This document shows, piece after piece, positions 40,601-51,364 of a stretch of DNA of 64,000 nt. The DNA is from Anolis carolinensis. Its lineage: Eukaryota. The number at the start of each line of letters is the position of its first letter. Within the stretch, counting starts at the first letter, position 1. The stretch spans positions 126,310,897 through 126,374,896 of the forward strand of contig NC_085845.1 in assembly GCF_035594765.1 (NCBI RefSeq), in the 5' to 3' direction. A program made the translations under genes and the position numbers. The notes under the pieces were generated by a model, which was not told the origin of the DNA, did not search any database, and saw nothing but the letters and a program-made list of their open reading frames with translations.

Positions 40601-42216
40601 TTGTTTATAAGCACAGTCACATTCTGGGGAGCTTCCCAGAAGCAGAATTCTGCTTAAAAACAAGGGGTACCCTCTTATTGTACCTTGTTTAAAAGAAAAC
40701 TATGGTTTGTTTTGCAATGTTGCTGTCTGTTTTGTTTGTTTAGGGTTCTGTCTTCAGTGGTTCTGGGGAGGGAATACCTGCTCCCCTTTATCCTCGCTTG
40801 CAGTATATTAATACTATTTCCAACCTCCCATGCATGTAGGTATCCTAGAATGTATTTACAGTATCATACCTAATAGTTAACGCCTAAATATTCCAAAGGA
40901 ACCAGATTTTGCTTGTTCTTGGAAGCTAAGCAGAGTTGCCTTGTTTAGTGCTTAAATGAGAGACCTCTCACAAATATCACACACTACAGGTTATAGTACA
41001 GAGGAAGGAACTGTCAAAAACCTATCTATGAGTATTTCTTGCCTATGAGAACCCTATGAAATTTGACAGGTTGCTTGAAGTCACACGGTCATTAAAAACT
41101 GAGCAGATCTTAGCCTCTTCCTTCCTGGATGGAACCTTGCCTGAGAGCACCATGTAAAAGTATTTATTCTGTTATTAAGTTTGATATATGGCTTTCCAAT
41201 CCAGTTTATCAAGGTAGCTTAACAGTAAAAGTTAAATTAGATTTGGCTGCCCATTTCCTCAGTCTTGCAACAACCTCACTAATCAGAATAACGAACAGCC
41301 CATTTCCTGTTTTCCCGGAGTTTAATAATTAAAAAAGCATTTTTCTATAATTTTCGCATCTTTCTATGTTTTTTAAACATGATTTCACATCTGACAGGTT
41401 GTTGATTTCCCTTTCATATCAGTCTTTTCAAAACACATGGAGTGCCTTCCAGAAAATCCCCAAACTTTTTTTTAGCAGGGAGAGGCTGTGCATAGTGCCG
41501 TCACTAGATCAGAAGCTGAAAGGCTGCTGGGTTCATGTAGTGTTTGTATCACAGCTGATATTTATAAAAAGAAAAATAGTTACATCATAGAACCTCCTGA
41601 AACTTCATTTATAGCTGAGATAATAATGTAGGGAGGCCTTGGTTAAAATAAAAACCATGAAGAGAATCTGGTATTTTAAAAATTGGTATTTTCAAGTTAC
41701 ATTGGAATCTGTCTTCATTATATTCTGGCTCTCTTTAAGGTGTTTGCAGTCTTCACACTGAACAATGAACTTTTAGTACTTAATCTCATCTTGCTGTAAA
41801 GCAGGGGTTCTCAAACTTCTTCAGCCGAAAAGCCCCTTTTCAAGCAAAAGTTTCTTGTGGAGCTCCAAGAAATGCCTATATATTATATTAACTATTATAT
41901 AATGTATATATATCAGGCACGGACAAACATTTGGACGCATTGCATTTTAAAATTTGACAGATGGGACGGGCCAGTGGCAGATGGATGGAGAGTATTTTTG
42001 TGAACTAATTGAAAAAAATGAACAAATTCCTATGCACACTGCACATAGAAAAAGAATGAAAGAACCATACAATATTTTAAATTAAAAACAATTTTAACCA
42101 ACATAAACTTAACAGTATTTCAGTGGAAGACCTCAGAGACCATCAATTCCAACCCCTTTCTGCCATGCAAGAAAAGCACAATCAGAGCACCCCCAGCAGA
42201 TGGCCATCCAGCTTTT

Positions 42217-42252
<36 letters not shown>

Positions 42253-45200
42253 ATAGTAACAGCAACAACAGAAACCCCAGGGGCTATCCAGTTCAATCCC
42301 CTTCTGCCATGCAGGAAAAGCATAATCAAAGCACCCCCTGAGTGGTGGGAAAAAAAATATGGTTTTGGAAGCAGGGGGAGGAGCTGGAAAGAGGAAGGGA
42401 AGCTTACACACACATATGGCTGGAGTTACACTGACAAAATGTCCCTTTCCGACTTACATATACCTTCAACTTAAGAACAAATGTGCAGAACCTATTTTGT
42501 TCGCAACTTGGGGATTGCCTGTACTGTGATTCCACTCTTAACTGCATGGCAACATCTTACAAACCCTACAATTTGCAGTTTCGGGAGAGGAATTTAGAAT
42601 TCACAGCCAGAAGGATTTAGTGTCCCATGACATACAAGCCTCAGAATTCCACAGAATGCAGCCATGGCATTAAAGTGGAATCATCTCATTATAATTGTTA
42701 AGTGAGAAAGAGCCATATGTACAGGCAGTTGAGATTTTTATCTCTAGCTCTCTTGTAGAGGACCATTCTAACATGCAATTCAGTAGCCTGCAGTAAGAAC
42801 TGATAAGAGTTCTTTGTGTGTATATTGTTACCAATTACAGCAATATAGAACATAGGGTGGTGAAGCCTGCAACTATCTTATGATTTAACTTTCTAGTAAT
42901 AAACACCCATTTTGAAGGGTAAAGGCAGCGTGTTTGTCCAGTGGAGGCATAAGATCGCTTTGTGCAATGCATGCATTTAATTGTATATTAATAATAATTC
43001 AAATTTTATTTCCCTACAGCTTCAAACAGCAGCTTCACGAAGTTGTGTAGGCTCGAGTGCCCCGGCAGGAATCAACAGAGAGGAAGAGACTAGCCGTTTT
43101 CATACCACTAAGAGAGGCAACTTCCATGAAGTATTTAATCTGTCAGAAAATGAGCGTCCTTTGGCAGGTATTGATCTGAATGCAAAAGGTGGTGGTGCCT
43201 TCAATGGAAGCATGTTTAAAAAGAATTGTGCAAAGAGCAGCAGTATTTGGAAATGAACTGCACTGTAATGTTATCTTCTGCTGGGTTCTATGGACAGGAG
43301 GTCAAATTAATCTTTTATCTGATATCCATAAGATTCTCTGGGTGAACCTGATGCCCATAGCCTGGTTTGCCTTTGTGGCAGCATGAATTTGAGAGGGGAG
43401 GAAAGGTGCATAATCCTGAGAGAGAAGTAACTTAACCCAAGGCTTGAAACAAATACTTCAGTGTTTAGAAAAGCTTTGTCGGCACTTCTGAGTTTTTGTG
43501 GCTGTGTGAAATATAATGTGATTGTGCTATTTTGACAGTGTGTGAAAATGGCTGGCGGTGCTGCTTGATTAACAGAGACCGGAAGATGCCCACAGACTAC
43601 ATCCGAAATGGTGTGCTTTATGTTACAGAAAAGTAAGTCGTTGTACAATTTTCAGCAGAATCTTAAGAAGCCAGGGGGGTTGGGGGCAACTTGGAACAAG
43701 AGGATAATTTTTTTCTAAATTGTAAGTAGTGAAAGTTTAGTGTGAACTGTGAAATTGCACTGAACCAAATACCAGGTGATGTCGTGTTTCCCCAAGGTCT
43801 TGGTTACCAGGGCATAAAGCTTACACAAATTAACGGTCAGCTTGAATCAAGAATTCATTAACAAAATCTCAACTATCAAGTCCTTTAAAGTTCTGCTGGA
43901 AAGCAGAAATACAAACCTCAAACAGAGAAATAGGCTAAAGTCAAAGTCAAATGCCAGATGTATGCATAAGTATTGTTGTGGCATATTTATTTGTGTCTGT
44001 TTTTTTCTGCTAAAAATCTTAACTAAAAATGTTGGGGGATGGGGGGTGGACAGTCAAATGCCAAGAATATTTTCAACAAATGGGAGTCAGAGTCCAAAAG
44101 ACAAATGTTGAGGATTCATATTGTGGTTCCAAGGTCAGATGGCAGGGTTTCTTGCAGATGAAGTCAAGGTCACAGTCAAAGGCCAGAGATTCTGACCACA
44201 AACCAGAATCAGAATCCATAAATTCCACGTCAGGAAGTCAGAGCAAAGGATTCAGGATACAAACAGGGCCAAAACCAGATTTCAGGAATTGAGGTCAGAG
44301 TCACAAAGTCAGGAATATCGGGAGTTCTTAGAGACAAAGCAAGGGGCAGCACAGCCAAGGTCTAGACCAGTGGTTCTCAACCTTTGAGTCCCCAGGTGTT
44401 TTGTCCTACAACTCCCAGAAATCCCAGCCAGTTTATCAGCTGTTAAGATTTCTGGGAGTTAAAGGCCAAAACATCTGGGGTCCCACAGGTTGAGAACCAC
44501 TGGTCTAGAACAAAGATACAACTGAGCCAAAATTAGAGTCCACAAGTTAGAAATGCCAGGAAGCCTTGAAATAGAGGAGCAGCAGAACCAGGATCTGGAG
44601 CCAGAATACAACAGTTGTCTGCTATCAAGAACCGTTCTTCCCCAAGCACTTTTATCATAAGGTGTCAGCTGCTGCTTATCTCAGCAAGCCTTCACAGCTT
44701 GATACTTGCCTTGAGAAGGACGTCAGATCAACCCCTTCCAAGCTTGCTCCAAATACTGTAAAGTGTCAGTTTCCTTCACAGTAGCTGAGCCAGGCCAGAC
44801 AAGCTGCTGATCCTTCAACAGTAGCTGAGCCGGACAGACAGACTGCAGACCATGTCAAGTGACTGAAAACAACCGTTTCCTATAAGCCAGTGTAAACATA
44901 CATTTATATATCTATATTTAAAAGGATCCTTTACAACAGGGGTCCCCAAACTAAGGCCCGGGGGCCGAATGCGGCCCTCCAAGGTCATTTACCTGGCCCC
45001 CACCCTCAGTTTTATAATATATTTTTATATCAGTTTTAATAATATAATATATTGCATATACATATAATATTGATAATAATATTATGTTATACAATATAAT
45101 ACTAATAATAATACCATATAATAATATTAATTATATGTTATATATTGCATATTATATAATAGTATAGTGGTATAGTTCAATATAGTAATATATAATTCTA

Positions 45201-48200
45201 ATATTGTGCTATGCTAATAATATAATATATTGTATGTACATACAGCTGCTCTGAGTCCCCTTCTGGGTGAGAAGGGTGGGAAATAAACATAGTAAATAAA
45301 TGCAGTAAATAAATAATTAATTTTAGACTTAGGCTCGGCCAAAGTCTGAAATGACTTGAAGGCACACAACAACAACAATCCTAATTAACTTGACTATCTC
45401 ATTGGCCAGTAGCAGGCCCACACTTTCCATTAAAATCCTGATAGGTTTATGTTGGTTAAAATTGTTTTCATTTTTAAATATTGTATTGTTCTTTCGTTGT
45501 TGTTGTTGTTGCACTACAAATAAGACATGTGCAGTATGCATAGGAATTTGTTTGTATATTTTTTTCAAATGATAAATCGGCCCCTCAACAGTCTGAAGGA
45601 TAGTGGACCGGCCCTCTGCTTTAAAAGTTTGAGGATCCCTGCTTTACAAGAAAAAAATCTGCATACGTCTAGATAACTTCAAATGAGTTTGGAAAAGATT
45701 TTCTCATGGGAGCATCAGATCAATTGACCTTTTGTTGAAAGTGTACAAATTCACAATTAACATGTGGCAAATGCCTCATGAAATAGTAACAATGTAAACT
45801 TAATGGGTCAGAAAAGAAGCACTGGGAAGTGCAAGTGTAATTGTTTATCAGTTGATCAAATTATGATCTCTCTCTAGAGCAGGGGTCCCCAAACTAAGGC
45901 CCGGGGGCCAGATGCGGCCCTCCGAGGTCATTTACCTGGCCCCCGCCCTCGGTTTTATAATATAATATATTGTATATACATATAATATTGATAATAATAT
46001 TATAATGTAATACAATATAACACTAATAGTATTACCATAGAATAATATTAATTATATATTCTATATTACATATAATATTACTAATAATATTACAGTATAG
46101 TGGTATAGTCCAATATAGTAATATATAATGCTAATATTGTGCTATGCTAATAATATAATATATTGCATGTACATATAATTTGTAAGCCACTCTTGAGTCC
46201 CTTTTGGGGTGAGAAGGGTGTGATACAAATGTAGTAAATTAATGCAGTAAATAAATAAATAAATAAATAAATATTTTAAATAAATAAATAAATAAAAACA
46301 TTTTAGACTGAGGCTCGCCCAAAGTCTGAAATGACTTGAAGGCACACAACAATAACAACAACAATCCTAATTAACTTGACTATCTCATTGGCCATAAGCA
46401 GGCCCACACTTCCCATTGAAATCCTGATAAATGTAGGTTGGGTTAAAATTGTTTTTTATTTTTAAATATTGTATTGTTCTTTCATTGTTCTTATTGTTGT
46501 TGTTGTTTTTGCACTACAAATAAGACATGTGCAGTGTGCATCGGAATTTGTTTGTATTTTTTTTTTCAAATGATAATCCGGCCCCTCAACAGTCTGAAGG
46601 ATTGTGGACCGGCCCTCGGCTTAAAAAGTTTGAGGACCCCTGCTCTAGAGTAAACAAGTTAGGGTTTGATACAGAAATAAGGAATCGTGTCTGGATTTCT
46701 GCAGTTTCGTAGTGATGAGCAATGCTTCAGAACTCAGAGCTGGTGAAACTCAGTCTTTTAGTATGATAATATGGTTTCAGAAAAGATCCCCAAAATATAA
46801 TACTCCCTTAAGGCATACTTTTTTTGCACCTGTGTACAGGCATTTACAACCCAGATACTTTCAACATGAGGTATAGGTAGTTTTCAGGTTTTTCTGTTTA
46901 GCAACTATAACATCTTTATATAGCTAGGCCAATTTTATACTGAATCGAAAATCCAGCCTCTGTATAATATGAAACACAGCAAAGACAGATCCTCTTCAGG
47001 AAGCACTTCCTTACAGTTGCTAATGCTGTTTTTAGCTGGGCCCATAAGGTAGCCCATCATTAATATTCTCTTGGTCTCTCTCTCTCTCTCTATTTGAAAA
47101 TACTGGAGATATCTCTTTGCAGAAAAAACCCCCCAAAAAAGATTATTCTTTGTTAAAGAGGCAAGCCTCACGTCTTCTCTTAGCTTTATTCCACCAAAAA
47201 TGGCAGAATTGCATGTCTGAGTGCTTTTTATAGCATTTTTCAAACTTTAAAACATTGTTGCAGCTTGCAAAGACATTATGGTGATGTTTGACTCTTGGAT
47301 CTTCCTCTTTTGTTTTCTTAACAAAGGAAAAATGTATGTTTGGAAATATTTTAAAAATACCGAGCTGACGTGTTTCTATCATAACTGCATGTATGTTTTT
47401 ATGTTACAATGGTGTATATTTTGTAGAGTTTAGATGTTCAGTTCAGTGTAAAAATATGAAAGCAATGCTTTTTTAAAAAAATCCAGAAGTTTAATATCTT
47501 TTTGATTAACATAGGTATTCATGCCGCTGAAAATTAGAACATGAAGATAAATGTATGATTTCAAATGATTTGTTTTATAAGTGGTTCTTTTTTTTCTTTT
47601 TAGTTACTTATGCTTTGAAAGTTCCAAATCTGGTTCATCAAAAAGAAATAAAGTTATAAAACTGGCAGATATAACAGATATTCAAAAGGTATGTTCATGG
47701 TATTAGGAGTTTTTTATCCTTTCATTTCTTTTAGACTTGAAGAAAAAGATAAGGCTTGAGTAATCTGTCACTTTTGTGCAAGTCCCAGCATTCTTCACCA
47801 TTAGAGTTGATGGAAATTATAGTTCAACCACAAGTTTCCTACACCAGCTCTAATATTTCATCATTATTTTAAATGGTGTTTTGTAACCTTAAATTTTCAT
47901 GCGGACTTATGTGGCAAACGGTCCCATTGTGTACTATTTTACTTAAAAGTGATCAAAATGTATTTTAACGTTCACTTTAAAGTTCTTAATGCTTACAGGA
48001 CAGTGCCCGGAACTTCGAAAAATACAGTTGGGAATATGTATTTAAAACTATTTTAGGTACCCAAAATGTCAGGATTAGGTCTTTTGTAATGATAGAGTTT
48101 TGAAATTGCCATAGTTTGGTTTTATGATTATCAGTGGTCCCACATGGCTTTCTGGATGTATGATACACAATGGTACTTGGAGGTGAGTGGACTACAGTTC

Positions 48201-51200
48201 CCATCATCCTCAATTACTCCTAAATCCTTGCCATTATTTAAATATGGTCATAATGAGTATGTGTGCCAAATTTGGTCCAGATCTGTCGTTGATCAGGTTC
48301 ACTCAGCTCTCTGGATGCGGGTGAACTACAACTCCCAATATCTTGGGTCAATTTCCCCCTCTCCCAAACCCCTCCAGTATTTTAAGTTGGTCATGATGGG
48401 GGTGTGTGCCAAGTTTGGTCCAGACCCATCATCTGTGGGATATACAATGCTATCCAGATATGGTCCAACTACAACTCCCAACAGCTTGTGTCTATCCCCC
48501 CAAACCCTTCCAGTATTTTAACTTCATCATAGTGGGCATATGTGCCAAGTTTAGTCCAGATCCATCGCCAGTGGGGTTCACAATCGTCTCTGGATATGGG
48601 TGAACTGCAACTCCCATCATTCAGGGTCCATCCTTCCCAGACCCCACCAGTATGTGAAGTTGATCATGGGGAGTCTGTGCCAAGGATATGCAAATTAGAT
48701 ATTTCAAATTCTAAAATAGAGGTAATTCTTTTTTTAATTAAATCACATCCATCCTGCTTTCCCAAAACCTGGAAGGTGTGGGTTTATGCCTATTCATGTG
48801 ATTTCCTGCTTCTTGGCGGGGGGTTGGACTGGATGACCCATGAGGTCTCTTCCAACTCTACTATTCTATGATTCTATATAGATTTCCTCAAGATTTTTGA
48901 GGAACCAAAAGATCTTTACTTTAAATAATCAGACAAACAAATCCCAGAGAAATGAAACCAGAGTCCACACCTCAAAAAATCTCTGCTATGTTGCTTCCCA
49001 GAAATATCTTCCTAGTAGGGCCTTGCTGGTGACATCGTTTTTGCTGATCAGGTGATGGGACCCCTGTTGTGACCTCATCAAAAGCAGCATCAGCCGCAAA
49101 GTTATTTTTGACCAATGGACCAATGACCGTAACCCCAGTGTGCTGTCAGCAAAGTGGCCATCTGGACTCAAAAGGGCCTTCAGAGTGTTCCTGTGCTGTA
49201 TCCAGGGTAGCTGCGGAGCAGAATACTCCAGATTAGTGTAGATGTAGCCTAGGTCATTCCCAAGCCTCATGCACCTTTTCAGAGCTTCTAATAGCTACGC
49301 CTTTAGGATACTGCCTTCCAGGTTTGTGGACAGTTCAGATCTGATTTTTTTCTCCAACCCATCTTAGCTTTTGGTAAACACTATTATTTATTTTGTATTT
49401 CTTTTTAGTACAAAGTATTGTCTGTTCTCCCAGGATCTGGGATGGGTATTGCAGTTTCCACACCATCTACACAAAAAGTAAGTACTCAAAGAGAAAAAAA
49501 TACTCATATTGGCAGCGCTATCAGTTTACACGTGTTTGAAATATTAATGATATGATGGTCACATCAGTTTTTGGAGCACTTCCTTTAACTTGAGATAATA
49601 AGGATTGTATTACTGAGTTGCACAGCATGCGTTCTATGATTAGCAACTCACGGGACTTTATACATTGTTTTCGGGGGGAGGGGGGTGTTTAATTTTTGCT
49701 GATATGTATGTGCCATTAGAACAATCAATATCACTAAGCTTAAAAAATTCAACAATTCACACTGATTCACTTGGTTGGTAATAAAAAAAGTGACAAGGTG
49801 ATTCATAGAAATTCGATGAGGAACCTGCTGATTATTACAAAGATTGAGTTACTTTCAAAATGGATGCCTGGGTTTATTTCCTCTTCCCTCTTGCTCCTAT
49901 TTTTCCATTTCCTTTTGTGTTATGTCTTTTAAAATATAAGCCTGACAGACATTCCCTCCTCCAAGGGTTTTACCTCTACATGTTTCCTTTCTCTTTGCAC
50001 CAAAGTTACCTAACTAACCTGTGGCAGAGGGGTTACCACTGGTTAGGTTGATAGAAGCCTGGTCTTTCATGGAAAAACAACTTGGGGAGTCAGGTTAGAA
50101 TACTGGGGAGTAGGGATGACATTTTTAAGGGGTATCAGGCCTTCGACGAGAGTAGAATCTTGGGCTCCAGTTATGTTAAAATTTAATATTTGATTAGTTG
50201 TTTCAGAGGGAGAAGGAGGCGTTAAAGAAGTGCCTCTGTTCTCACTTCTGCCGTTCTTCCCTTTTTCTTTGTCTGTAGGTTGCTTCTGTTGTCTCCTTCT
50301 AATCTAGTGGCAAAACCACCAGCTCCATGTTGTTCATTTCCCTCATTTATAAAGGAAAAACTTTGCTTCATCATGAAGTTGTTATGGGGTCTTCATGGCA
50401 AAGCGAAGTTTCTCCGTCACAAGCGAGGGAAATGAATGGTGCAGAGTAGTTGATAGTTTTTCCCTCTGAAGGAGGAGACGGAAGCAAAGACAAAGGAAGG
50501 GCAGAGGAGACAAGAACTGAGGAAGTGGGTTGCTGTGAGTTTTCCAGGCTGTATGGCCATGTTCCAGAATCATTCTCTTCTGATGTTTCGCCCACATCTG
50601 TGGCAGGCATCCTCTGTGGTTGTGAGGTCTGTTGGAAACTAGGCAAGTGGGGTTTATATATCTGTGGAATGCCAGAGTGTGAGAAAGATCTCTTGTCTAT
50701 TTGAGGGAAGTGTGAATGTTGCAGTTTGCCAGCTTGATTAGCATTTAATGACCTTAGAGAGAGATTCAAAGCCTGGCTGGAGCACTTCTTTTCCTCAGAA
50801 AAGGCTTCAACTTGCTATCCTGCTAAAGGGAGGTGGGGAAATCGAGGTTATTTCTCTTTGTTGCTTGATTTGAGGGAAAGTCACCCTGTCAAACCAAGAC
50901 TGAAGCGCTACAAACCTATCTGTGGCCAGAAGAGATTTAGCCTGTTTTAATTTCGGTCATTTACTGTTATCAATTTGTGCTGATCTGCTTTAAACAAACA
51001 GACCACTGACACATTGGGTTGTTATGTGGTTTCTGGGGCTGTATAGCCGGATCCTCTGAAGATGCCAGCCACAGATGCAGGTGAAATGTCAGGANNNNNN
51101 NNNNNNNNNNNNNNNNNNNNNNNNNNNNNNNNNNNNNNNNNNNNNNNNNNNNNNNNNNNNNNNNNNNNNNNNNNNNNNNNNNNNNNNNNNNNNNNNNNNN

Positions 51201-51294
51201 NNNNNNNNNNNNNNNNNNNNNNNNNNNNNTGTTTGACTTGTGATTTTTTGATATGAAATCCAGCATGTCTATCTTGTTTTCTGTGTCATAATAA

Positions 51295-51364
<70 letters not shown>

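Noticed and set aside
42120-42413. Poly-T/S/Y ORFs (also 22610 poly-I and 51269 poly-Y)
   Set aside because: Translations of trinucleotide microsatellites.
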